Shown here one piece after another: positions 1-12,295 of a DNA stretch of 64,000 nt. Made by a program: the position numbers and the translations under genes. How positions within the stretch are numbered: the first letter of the stretch is position 1; each line of letters opens with the position of its first letter. The notes under the pieces are model-generated. The model searched no databases. It saw only the letters and a list, made by a program, of their open reading frames with translations, and was not told the origin of the DNA. Origin of the DNA: Selaginella moellendorffii (taxonomy: Eukaryota > Plantae > Lycopodiophyta); assembly GCF_000143415.4 (NCBI RefSeq), contig NW_003314262.1:344610-408609 (forward strand), in the 5' to 3' direction.

Positions 1-3000
1 AGGAACACACACTTTGGGCTTTCACCCAAGCCTCCCTTAGTATTAGGAGTTAGTCTCTGGGACAAGCTCGAAACTTACTAATTATGGAATATCTTTAGAT
101 TGTGAATTTGGACATGGGACGAACACCATTGTGTTCAGGCCAATCTCTACATTCCGTAGATATGCCAAATGAGCAAATTTGGACACTTTCCATAAATAGC
201 ATTTGGGACCGAAATGAGACCAACACAAAGGGCATGATAACGAGGGTGTTTGGCAGACACGGTAAACTATCATCTAGCGATATTGAGGGACCAAGCTCAA
301 TATCGCGGGGGTTCCCAACACTAGCAAGTGCAAGCCAACATCATGAGTTTCTCATCATCGTGTCAAGTCTGCTTGACTAAATGACAACTTAGGATTTCCT
401 TCCTTAGTGCCCTTCTGGTCCAAGTGCACATGTGATGACAAGTTTCTCAACTAGCTTAGGCGGAGATTAATAACGGGTCCAGCAATACCGACTTCCTGCC
501 ATCGTGGCAGTAAGGTAAGAGTGTCCGTAAGGACTGGCCGACAGGTAACTTTCGATACCTAAAATCACATTCGCGACACTCTCCCCCCCTTGGGAAGATT
601 GACGTCTTCGTCGATGCATACTCGAGTCTAGAATACCGCCAAGGAAACAACTCTAGAAAAAGTTCACGGTACTCACACTATGTGAGAAATGCACCAACTT
701 AAATGAGTTAGGGGGCAACCTCTTTGTCTAACACGGATGCGCTACCAACTCAGACACCTTCCGGCCGTCGCTGACAAGGAAATGACCAACAGAGTTAGCC
801 ACCCTTGCTGCTCTGGGTGTCACCCAACTACAAAAGTGTGATACACCCTGCCTGCAGGGACATAGAGAGAGAAGCTAGAGGCCCCAACCCTTCTAAGCAC
901 AGAAACCAAACCCGTCGGTAAGGTTTAGATAGACTACTGTAAACAGGCAGTGAGAGTTGTTTACACAGTCATGCCCTTTCAACAAAATAAGGAACATCGA
1001 CAGAGAGGCGGGTGATGTGACCAGTCGACAGTAGTTACCCCATGACTAGAGATTTCAACATGCACACGAAGTGCCGAAGCCAATCTGCCTATACTGGCCC
1101 AAACTCAAAGATCAAGATATAGGGACTATATCAAAGTCATAAACAATGATATCTTAGAGATTTAATTATCAGTGAATAAAGCTTAGATTAGAACACAAAT
1201 GTATTCCAAATAAGTTATCATCCGATAAACTAGAATTACAGTATAGGAACCACCAAGATCACTATCATTGGAAAACATAAGATTCACCATCCATCAAAAT
1301 TCAATAGCAAGTATATCATCAAGTAAACTCAATGAGAAAACATAACTACTGAAGATTGTAGACAGTATGCTAAACAACTTACAAAAGATAACTCAAAGTA
1401 CACAAAGCATCATTGACTGACAAGCACAAAGCTTGCGAATGTATTACCCAAAGGAAATAACATCCCAACCTATCAGAACTAACTCGAGCAATAATCAACA
1501 GAACATAATGAATGCAGTAAGACCAACAAACACTGATTCATGCCAACTATCACACTAGCCAATCCGAATAGATCCCAGCCAACAACACCAAGGAACTCAA
1601 GTTGCCTAAGCAAGTGTTAGCAACATTCTACTGATGTCTCAAACCCAAGAGACCAAACCAAAGCAAACCATAAAGAATATGTGGTATTGCGAAAAGCCAC
1701 AAGCTATCAAAGAGAACAACTAACCATCATGAAAGATCATCAATTATCCCATCAATGAAGAGATGCATAATCATTGTCGAAGAAGGAATCCACCACCTTG
1801 AAGAATGGCAAATCATTCTATACCAACAATAATCAAACAAAATCTTCGACAAGGATAATCAATTATTCTAGATGATAGTCAATCATCACCAATGATTGCT
1901 AGATGCAAAAGCCAACTTCAACATCGAAGCTAAAGAGCCAAAAATGCCTTCCCTCAACCACTCCGGACAAATGGAACAATGAGCATGAAAACTCAAAGAA
2001 CCAAAAGCTTGAAGAAGCCTATAGCCAAGTCTTGCCTAACAATGATCACAAGTTTTGCATGAACTAACTTCAATGCTAAAGAAGAAATCATGGTGCAACC
2101 AATAATATCTTCCTCAACATATCCATAACCCAAACTTCATAATGCCAAAACTAATGAAGAGCATTTCTGCATCAATCCAACAGTTAAGCACAATGGAGCT
2201 ATGCCCAACAAATGATCACAAAATGATCCTCCATGAATCCATCTATAGCAAGACGTAACTCACCTTATAACAAGCACAAGAAGAATCATCAATGATTGAT
2301 ATATCCCATCTGAAATCCAACAAGGATTCAATCACTTCAATACCAATCACTAACTCTTTCTCTCCACGACTAAATTACTTTTCAAGGAAAAGCCAAAGCT
2401 TAACCCCTACTAAATAATCTTGTCTAGAACACAACTAACTCAAACTTGCCACTCAGTTTATTTGAACGTCAACACATTTGCTAACTAGCAAATACACGAA
2501 TGCCAACAACAAAAGCTAAATCCAAATCATCAACACTATCTTTATCAAGACTAATGAAACTCAATATCAATCATCAGAGAGACATTTCATTTCACTCAAA
2601 TCTCAACATCAATAATATCAACGACAAGGCATCACTTCAATGCCATCAACACCATAACAAAGCTAGAAGAAAGCACGAGTGAATCACCACTCAAAACTTC
2701 CTAGCAACTAAGCTAATTAGGTCAAAGATACTTTACTTAATATCCGAGACCAATCCTCCAACAACACTTAGTAACAGAGAACAGATCATCATGGAGTGAT
2801 TCATCACGTCCAAGACTCAATGAAATCCAACACTACGGACTAGATATAACCAAATGATATCGACAGAGGTAGAGTCGACATGCCAACATGGAAAACCCGT
2901 GCAAGCCACGATACGATCCTCCGCAACACCATCCAATAAAGCAAGCTCATCACAGCTAAATCATCATCAATCAAAGCAAGTGTCAACAGTCCTTGACGAA

Positions 3001-5700
3001 GTCTATAAGTAACCACTAGTCGCAAAGCAACCAACAATCACTCTTCAACTTGCCGTCACAAGACCCAAACACCAACTCTTATCATCAAGTTATATACTCA
3101 TCCAATATGAATGTAATACCTCAAATACAAGATAAAGGTTCATGGACAAGCACGAACTAGATGACCACTCGAATCCAACTCAACCACGATAAGCTCACCA
3201 TCACATTTAGTCAATAGCTCTGAGCATGCCTTGAAGAGGCTAGCTATGCATGATTAACACTCAGTCGAAACTAAAGTGAAGACCATGAGATGGACTCATG
3301 TCGGTACACAACCTCCTCATTGACAAAGCTATAGTATGGGTACCAATATCTCAACCTCAAACAACTAAGTTAGACATCACCATCCTCAGCCAAGGTGCAG
3401 GGCCACCAAGACCAAGTCAAGATCAGTGAGAGCTCACTACTCTCATAGAGTCTAATGAAATGCAAGTTGAAACCTACCACCAAGCACAACGCTACAAAAG
3501 AAAGGCACAAAGGTCACCTTTCTTAGAAAAGTGCAATAGCCACTTTCTACACCAACTTCAGACTCTATCCAACTTAATTGCCTTAGCCCCAAAAGTCAGT
3601 ATCCTTTTCGGGTCGCATCATACAAACTATTTACCAAGGTCTAAGCTAACCGAAGTCAACTCTAACCCCTTCAGTAGTTTGTACTAGCTTACGAAAACGG
3701 AATGGTTTTTGGCAAAGTGATCAACAGATCAGCCATTGGAAAAGTCTAAGAAAATTTGTGGAAAATTTCCATCCTAGAGAAAGAATGACTCTCAATCTAA
3801 GATTGCAAACTTTCAAGACTTGACCAACTTCCTCCTACAAACAACTTCACATAGGTTCACATCGACACAAATTCTCATGATCCAACAATATGCTTAAGCA
3901 TTGAACATCTTTGCCCATTTTTCCGACATCCGCAAAGCGCAAAATGAACATCCAAGGCTTGATCACGAAGACCACATCTTCGGATATCCACATTGCACTA
4001 ACACTCTTTTTCAATCACCTTCAAAATCCAATGTAAAGCCAAAACACTAACAAGAAAAATGACATGGGAAATCAAGCTTTAAGGAAAATTCCTCATCACT
4101 CGAATCAACAATGCCACTTCCATTAACACAAGTGTTAGCGATGTCAATGCCCCAACTACATATCTTCTCCATCCAACAATCTACTCCAAGTGTTAATGGA
4201 TCAACTAACAAGCCATAGCAAGTGAATGCTATAACCCTTTTCCAACACCTAATGGGCAAACTCAAGGAAACAAGGTACCAACTTAAGCTTAACATAATGA
4301 ACCACCATCAAAAATCTAGTCAAGGCTACTACAATGCTACTATATGCAAGTAGACTAGCTTCACCATCAACCACCTTGGGGTTGATCATCATTTAACCAA
4401 GCAACTTCGTAAATGCATTACTCATTATCACATGGATATGATATAAGCATCACAATGACTTGATCATCAATTGAGCAACACCACGAGCAATGCTTATATC
4501 ATTTCAAAAGTTTATGTGAGTATCAAGTGTCAACTCGATTCGACAAAATGCAACATAAATGCCACACTCCACCAATAGAGATTTACAACAGCAAACACCA
4601 CTAACTTTTGTTCACAACACGGTCAAGCTCATGCCACTCTCTTTCCGACCAAACTCAAAACTAATCCAACACCAAGTTAATCAAGGAGCAAGAGCAAGGT
4701 TCCCCGGAAAAGAATTGAGCATTGCAACCCAAGTCTTCCAATAGCAAGCCTAGATAAAATGGTATAGCGCTTCACCGCTATCCATCCCATAACTCACCAC
4801 TTGTAAGACCATCATTTCCAATATGCATCAAGGTAGGGACTCTTGATTGCATGATGTGAACACAAGCAATGAGTTAACACCTTGTTGCAAATCATCCCTC
4901 CAAGAAGAGAAAATGATTTACGTATTTGATCCTCCATCCCCGATGACTCTCTTTTCGGTCTCATCTTTGACCAAACCTCAAGCTTGCTTTTGCACTGCCT
5001 TCAGTTCAATCGAAGAAAAGTTTATGAGAGAGCATGGCAATGACTACTTGAACGAATAGACTAATCCCTATAGTCTTGATTGATCCACTTGTAATCATGC
5101 CTAGGAAGGATCTACTAGTGCCGTGCTAAATAGCTACGGACTAGCCTATTTGCCACTCATAGCAAACCTAGGGAAAGTTTACTTTTTCCCATGGTACATG
5201 GAACAACTCATGGAACTACCAATAGGCTTACATTAATCCTGTCAACTCAAAGTATAACCTCGAGTTGCTAATGTGCCTCACTCACGAGCCCAAGCGCAAA
5301 CTCGTGCTACTGGTACACCTCAAATCCATCCTATGAGCCCAAGAGCAAGCTCACATAATTACAGTACAAGAAGGTAACTAAATCCATACCCAAGAAACGA
5401 TTGCGAAGCCTTTGCACCCAAACATGTACCCACTTGGATCATAGTTTTCATCTCTGCGTATGCAACAAGACTAGTTGCCCAATCTCATTGAATAGTTTTC
5501 GCTGAGACTCTAGTTTTGATACCAAATGAGATTGGATACTCCACACAAGAGGAAGGACGTACGCATGGATGCCTAATACGTTCGATTTCAAATTTAGGGG
5601 TAGGAATATATCTTGCTTAAGGGTATATTATACTTCTAAGTAGCCACTAATCAATGGGAATCGAACCCGTGCCATTTGCTCCGATACCAACTGTAGCGCA
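1..5700 (-). mobile_element. Degenerate LTR retrotransposon, family A copy 1
   Basis: LTR 1-578 ends in ...GACA next to a PPT (ctctccccccct, 579-590). Reverse-complement tRNA-Met PBS-like GATACCA at ~5518 and ~5684, the latter followed by LTR start TGTAGCGCA. Collinear with copy 2 at 35.5-40.1 kb. No intact ORFs. Confidence 0.8.
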
Positions 5701-5736
5701 TCTTATCTCTCTCCCCTTAAGCCAACTGGAAAAAGG

Positions 5737-5852
5737 GCAATTGCTTGATGAGAGAGCCCTTAGTGGCTATTTTATCCCCATTTATCCCCCAAGGTTCCAA
5801 GGATCCACGGTGACAGTATATCCAAATCTCATCCCATGATCACATGCGCTAC
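5737..5852. repeat. ~115-bp repeat with an inverted copy at 32500-32616
   Basis: gcaattgcttgatgagagagccc...cacatgcgc matches the reverse complement of 32500-32616. Confidence 0.85.
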
Positions 5853-5864
5853 AAGATAGCTTCT

Positions 5865-5912
5865 GGAGGGGATGGTCCAAAGTTGAGTTGAGCTCACGAG
5901 TTGAGCTCAATT
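5865..5912 (+). repeat. Left TIR of outer element
   Basis: gagttgagctcacgagttgagctcaatt is the reverse complement of aattgagctcaactcgtgagctcaactc at ~29125-29152. Confidence 0.85.
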
Positions 5913-6276
5913 CAGCTCAAGTCAATGCTAGTCAACATAGTCAACCATAAGTTTTATAAAGAAATATTAAGTCAGAAAAATGTTATTCTTTGGTGAACTT
6001 GAAATTTATGAGTTTAAGTATTAATGGTTTAGAGAGATTTTTATTTTTTGAATCTTTCTAATGCAGTTTATACAATTTCTAGAATTAGAAGTTCATCTGA
6101 ACCCATAGAAATTTTTGGGCTTTATTGGTCCCAAATAAAATGGGAATATTGAAGTTCGAATGAACCGGAAAATTTCTATTGTACATTTCAACATTTTAAC
6201 ATTTCAACAATTGACCAGAAATATATAAATAATTTGAAACATTGATTCACTCGTTCATTCTTTAGGGTTTACAAAG

Positions 6277-6522
6277 ATGGGAAGCAAGAAAGACAAAAAA
6301 TTTGTAAGGAGTTCTAGCATACAGAAATGTGAGAATGTGAATTTTGTTTCACTACCACAATCTCCATATTACACTCCTGGTCTTTATTACCCATCCGGGA
6401 ATGTGAAGACCACTGTCACTATTGATAAAAATGCTCCTGTTACTTCCGAAACAACAATCCAGAGCAAGAGAAAAGAAGAAATGGACAGCACAGCAGAAAG
6501 CACTAATAAATCCACTCTATAA
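6277..6522 (+). CDS. Small 81-aa protein of unknown function with SLPxSPYYTPG and NAPVTSETTIQSK motifs
   Basis: ATG-initiated ORF; protein-level paralog at 11325-11582. Confidence 0.6.
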   Translation: MGSKKDKKFVRSSSIQKCENVNFVSLPQSPYYTPGLYYPSGNVKTTVTIDKNAPVTSETTIQSKRKEEMDSTAESTNKSTL

Positions 6523-6962
6523 ACCTTTCAATGGCTTTTGTAATCCACTAAAATATTATAAAAAAATGTAAGTTTTTTATATATATCTTATTCCTTTTAA
6601 TATGTTTTGTCTTTGCAAAGATATATGATGTGGACAAATCAAAGAATTAAATCTATATATGATTTTGGGATTGAAAGGTAATCTTGCAAAAGGCATACTC
6701 GCGTGCCTGTGTATATTTGCTATTATTATATATGGCAGGCCAACTATATAAAATAAGGCTACATATTAATTATATGCTAGTTTTTAGCTTCTGAAACCCT
6801 ATAACCACTTGTTTCTCATAGTAGGTTGTAATTACTAAGACTGACAATTATCATTCACTATAGTGTCATGTCATAATAAAACATCATTCCCGAGATTGAA
6901 ATATAGTATATTAATGAGAGAATTCTTATTGCTAGGAAGTTTAATTCTTCTTGTGTGTTGCA

Positions 6963-7517
6963 ATGGTTAGGAAGAAGTTTACTTTTGGTCCCGAAGGCCT
7001 CTCATATGAGTCTCCACCTCCATCTCCAATCTCAATCAATAATCCACCTTCACCTTTACGCAACAATCTTCTTTTTCATTTTGAGGGCTGTTTTGAGGCT
7101 CTTCCATTTGCGACTTTGAGTGCAACTGAACAAGAACTCCTTCCTTATGATGTTGTTAAAAAAGTTGGATTACCTCCAATGCTTCAAGAGTGATGTCAAT
7201 ATTTTCTTCAAGATCTTGCTCCAGATATGGCAGGGGAGCTTAATGTAGATACATATTATCTTCAGTGTCCTATATGCAACTTTTATTTAAACAAGATAGA
7301 TGGTTGCATGGGTTTGGTAAATTTTATTGAGCATTGTCGCAAATGCCCAAGAGCGGGTTTGGAAGGTGTGCACGCATGGATGTATAAGAAAATCAAGAAA
7401 GAATTAAAAACACACAGCTATTATGATTTCATGGTGGAGAACAATATTCCATTGGTGAACACTGCATCAGTAAGTGCTGAATATGGGATATTTAGGCCAC
7501 CCTTTAATGTAATGTGA
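6963..7517 (+). pseudogene. zf-XS-like zinc-finger protein copy 1, premature stop
   Basis: Paralog of 7776-8324; TGA at 7191-7193 aligns with CGA in the paralog and the frame continues into CPIC...EHC..C...VH. Confidence 0.65.
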
Positions 7518-7775
7518 AAGTCATGCATAGTTTTTTCAAAAGGTTAATTCTTTATGAGTAAAGTGGAGAATCTTATATTTTCGAGAATGATATTATTCTA
7601 GCATGTATAAAGATATTATTATATATACAAGTGGTTCTGACACTGTTATAATTCTGAAGTCCCATTTTTGAGACTGACAATTTACAATCTCAAGAACCCC
7701 TAGATCTTTTCTTAGTATAAATACCAACAATGGATGCTTTCAACATTGAAATTTCAGTTTGTTTACAGTGTAGGA

Positions 7776-8324
7776 ATGGCTAGGGAAAATGCTATTGCTA
7801 CTTGCACTTGGCCCCCATGCATTTCATATGAGTCTCCACCTCCACCTCCAACTTCTACCAACATTCCACCCTTCCCTCCATACATCAATCGTTGTGAGGC
7901 TTTTTCTTTTGTAGCCCCAAGTGTGACTGAACAAGAGATCCCTCTTCCAGATAATGTTCTAGATGTTGCTACTAAAGATGGATTGCCTCATGTGCTTCAA
8001 GAGCGATGCCAGATGTTTCTTCAAGATCTTGCTCTCGATATGGTTGAAACTTTTGAAAGAATGAACACATATTATCTCCAGTGTCCCATCTGCTACTTTT
8101 ATTTAGATAAAACGGAAGGCTGTATGGGTCTAGAAACTTTACTAGAACACTGTCACAACTGCCCAAGAACTGGTGTGGAAGGTGTGCATAAATGGATGTA
8201 TAAGAAAATCAAGAAAGAGTTAAGAACACACAATCATTATCATTTCATGGTGAGAAATAATATTCCGTTAGTAAATCCTACATCCACAAGTGCTAAATAT
8301 GGTATTTTTAGGCCATCCTACTGA
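7776..8324 (+). CDS. Pro-rich N-terminus plus zf-XS-like zinc-finger protein, copy 2
   Basis: LQCPIC-x11-LETLLEHC...VHKWMYKKIKKEL resembles the SGS3/IDN2 zf-XS pattern (CPxC...LLxH...H...L). Confidence 0.6.
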   Translation: MARENAIATCTWPPCISYESPPPPPTSTNIPPFPPYINRCEAFSFVAPSVTEQEIPLPDNVLDVATKDGLPHVLQERCQMFLQDLALDMVETFERMNTYYLQCPICYFYLDKTEGCMGLETLLEHCHNCPRTGVEGVHKWMYKKIKKELRTHNHYHFMVRNNIPLVNPTSTSAKYGIFRPSY

Positions 8325-8456
8325 AAATTCCAGCCACTAATAATTCTTACACTATGATATTATTCATCCCCCCCCCCCCCCCTCTCGCCTTTTTTTTATT
8401 AACAAAATTGTATTACCTATAGATAATAAACTGATAATACTAGTAATTATGAAATT

Positions 8457-8586
8457 TGACTGACTGACACTGTAACTTTGTCATCTCTGACACTGACACT
8501 GTCTCTGTTACTGACACTATCACTGTCGCTATCTGCTGCACTGACACTGTCAGTGTCACAATCATTATCACATTGACATGTGACAC
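8457..8586. repeat. Cluster of CTGACAC/TGTCA motifs between convergent genes
   Basis: About 10 copies of TGACA(C) on both strands. Confidence 0.7.
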
Positions 8587-8602
8587 ATCTTTTTCATTGC
8601 AT

Positions 8603-10664
8603 TCAATTGTCTTTTAATGTATCATTAATAAATTGATTTTTCATACCACTCCTCAATTTACACATTGCATACCTCCTAGAAGCAACTGATAGAGAAGGAC
8701 GAAAACCTCGAAGACGGCGTTTGAAGAACTCATATTCTTCAATCGCAAACACCGATCTACCAGAGTCACGTGCTGCTTCGACTATCGAACCACTACCTGC
8801 TGTGCAATCGATGACAACACCCCTAGTTGGGCAATAAAGCTCAAGTAGGACATGCATCGCCGATGGAGATCGGAACCGATACCCAGACAATGTGTTGCGG
8901 ATGTCGTCGTCTATGAGATTTGGTATGATGTCAGTAAAGCTATCATACCCTGACAAAACCCTTGCAGCACGCTCGCTATCACGAAAACCGTCATTTTCTT
9001 TTCTGCAAAACACATGGTAGGTCCACATCATAACCTGAATAATAAAACTTTAGAGACAACCAAAACAGAAAATGATTTCTTACCTTCTCTGGCATGCCTA
9101 GGACACCTTTGGTCTCGACCCCAACACTATCCATGATGCATCTGGAAGAGAACCTCTTGAAGTTGACTCGACTTGCATACCTCATAAGGCAGGACATCCA
9201 ATGGGGGTCATTCGGGAGAATGAAGGCAACTTGACCGGTTGTGTGAAGGAGAATTGCTGCCAAAAGGAATGCATCCTTCAAGTGGTTTTTAGTCAGGTTG
9301 TTCCAGCTTGGGACATCACCATTAGCATCTGGAAGACCATCTGGCATGTCAAAGAGTATGAAGTTTGTGCTCTTGAGCGGTCGCCTATGGATCTTCTGAC
9401 AAAAGCGCTCCCACTTTCGCCGGATAGCCATATTCTCAGCATCCTCCTCAAAAGATGCCATCAATGAACTATAGGAGCCAATAAAGATCCCAACTTCACC
9501 ACGGAATGCCACTGGAGATACAGGGCGAATCTAGGGGGAGAAGACAAAGATAAGATGTGAACTTAAGAAAATTTACATACCGTCATGTGGCGTGTGGTAG
9601 ATGTAAGTTCCTCCAAGTCCTCTTCTCAAGCATCAAGACGAGCTGGAATGAAGTTACTCCCGACAGTTTTTGCTACAACCATTTTGAGGAACTAAGAAAA
9701 GGAGAGAATTAAAAGAAATATACCTCGAGAAGTTCCTCGGTTATGGGGACATCTTGGACAATCATCATCACTGTTGACTAATTCCTCCAGATGTGGATTT
9801 GCTCACTTTCGTCGAGGTAGAAATTCTTGGACGTTCTGGTTCTCTTGCTCGACTTCGTCTCGAAGAATCTCGTTCTCACCGCCATCTTCACTCTGCTCGC
9901 CATTGGCACCAACAGAGTCGACATTCTCATGGCCATCATCTTCGTCATCATTGTTGCCTCTTGCAGCCTCATGGTGGGTTGGTTCATAATCTGGCATCTC
10001 CAATTCCCAAGGACAAGTGCGCTTTATTGCTGCTGGAAACTTCATTGTTGTCAGGTACATGCCTCCATCTCTCACACCATGCCTCAGGAGACGTGTGCAT
10101 ACCGGTGTTTCGAGAGGAACGCGTCTATATTGGAAATACCGATAATAGAATATAAACAATTGAGTATAGTTGAGAAATTGTATGTTACCTGAAAGCTACT
10201 CGACACATGAAGTAAGGTTGGCCAAGTTGTTTATCAAATGGAGTCGTGCTTGTGGCCTTCTTTGGCAGCCAGTCCTCTCCGAGTTTTGTAAGCTCAATGG
10301 TGACGAAGTCCTTAAATGGAAGTTGCTCAGGATCATCCCCTATGAAAGGTGCTAGAAACATCTCCCCTTCATATACAGTTTGTGAAATGTAGACGGTCCT
10401 CCTCATCACAGTCTCCATCATACTGTCCAAACCTTTTTCTCCTTCCCTGAGTCTGCTATTGAGGTCATTCAGAATGTGTATCTGTTCCTCATATGCAAGT
10501 GTTGACTTTGAGATGTTGTAAATAATCTCATCTGGAGTCTTGCCCACTAAAAAATAACTTTTGTGAGAACCTTCATGTAAATACAAACAATACTTACTTT
10601 CATGACAAACAATCTCTGTTATAATATCGAACCACTCCTTTGGGCATCGAGGGTTAGCCACACT
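8603..10664 (-). pseudogene. 3' half of ParB-like + beta-class N4C/N6A DNA methyltransferase gene
   Basis: Removing intron 9035-9083 joins FILFDMPDG (motif IV-like) to RSPSAMHVLLELYCPTRGVVIDCTAGSGSIVEAARDSGRSVFAIE (motifs X-I-II), the beta-class order. Further candidate introns at 9531-9580, 9692-9723 and 10124-10188. Confidence 0.75.
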
Positions 10665-11324
10665 AAGCTCTATTTCGTTAAAGTGGGATTTATTCAGTAA
10701 AATGGGACTAGGTACAAATTTTCAAGTATTTGAAAATGACGTGAAATTATATGTTTTTTGTCCAGGGGCTAGACATATCTGGGGCATGGTGACTAGCGCG
10801 GTGACTTTGTGTCCAGACTGAGTCCATCTAGTTGTATAATAAATCTCATTGTCAAGGTGAACAAGCCGAATCTGAAGCTAAAGAAGAGCGATGGCATGCG
10901 CACACACACTATTTGTTTGTTCATTGAGCGTGTGGTGAGCTTTCCAAGATGAACATCATTCCTATTAGCCAGACATATAACTTAATGGTGAGAACATTTA
11001 GATATTATTCAATGTTATCTTTTTCTAACGAATCTAATTGTGAAGGTGTAGCAAGAGGCATTGCTAGTCTGGAGAAGTCATTTAACTCATTTGACCCTTA
11101 GTGTATTTTCATGAAACTAAATAACATTCATATTATTAAGGAATTTCTCTAGTACCTTTTTTTAACAACATAGAGGCTTGCATTTCTTTCAAAGGTGATT
11201 TAGTAAAAGGCCTGAGGGCACATGCCATTCTATTTCTCAAACCGGTATTAAGATATACTAGTGCAAAGGGAAAAAGGTATTTGGTGATCAAGTAAATGGC
11301 ATGAGGGCACACGCCATTATAAGC

Positions 11325-11582
11325 CTAAGCGCTAGTGGACACCTCCTTTTTGGTACTCTCAGCGGTACTATCATCCTTCTCCGGGTCAGTTGTTTTGCTT
11401 TGGATTGTTGTCTCTGACGTTACTGGGGCGTTCTCGATAGTTGTTAATATTGCTGTTTGTTCAGAAAAATGATCACCTGGAGTATAGTACGGGGAGTTTG
11501 GAAGACTTATATATTCAACATCTTCACCTATCTCCTTCTTCGTCTCCTTTTCTGCCTCACTTACAGATTTTGTGCTTGCCAT
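11325..11582 (-). CDS. Small 85-aa SPYYTPG protein, paralog of 6277-6522
   Basis: YISLPNSPYYTPG...NAPVTSETTIQSK...DSTAEST shared with the 6277 ORF. Confidence 0.6.
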   Translation of the reverse strand: MASTKSVSEAEKETKKEIGEDVEYISLPNSPYYTPGDHFSEQTAILTTIENAPVTSETTIQSKTTDPEKDDSTAESTKKEVSTSA

Positions 11583-12295
11583 GAGAACGCTCTTCACCCT
11601 AAAATATGGAGTTTGTTGTGTTATAAAAGGAAACCAACACACACGCTGCAAGGGAATGATGGTACATAAAGCACGTAAGCCCACAATATGGGTTTATGTG
11701 CCATTAATATGGGCCACACGCCATATTATTAGATTTATGCACGTGTGATTGGTAAATCCATATGTCACATCATCTTTGTTTTACCTCACACACTATATCA
11801 GGCCTAATGAACCATATCACATGTGCGCACATGCTATATATATGGAGAAGTATTATGCAAGGATAGAAAAATTCAATGCATGATTGTGGAGAGCAATGGC
11901 ATGAAGCCACATGCTAAATAACATTTTAGAGAAAAAATTAAAATAAAAACATGCAAACAGTACTGAGTGGACCAAGACTTAGAAGTGCACAATTGAATGA
12001 GGTATTTCTAATAAATATTTCACTCACCTCATATAGGAATGGCTACCACTCTCAAATGGCGTATCGCCTCATGCCATCACCTCGCAATTTGTTATAACAA
12101 TCCGATGAATTCACATTCGGCTTGTTCACCTTGAACTTTAAGTAAGATTTGCTAGAACAACTAAGAATTTATACTTGTTATTTGTATCATCTCACCTAGG
12201 AATGGCGTAAGGCCACATGCCATCACGCCTCCTCTGATTCAGATTCGGATTGTTCACCTTGAAATAAAATACATTAGAAACTTAGTAAAGGAATA

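Noticed and set aside
5654-5680. tRNA-like gggaatcgaaccc
   Set aside because: Only a T-loop/B-box-like fragment; no cloverleaf visible
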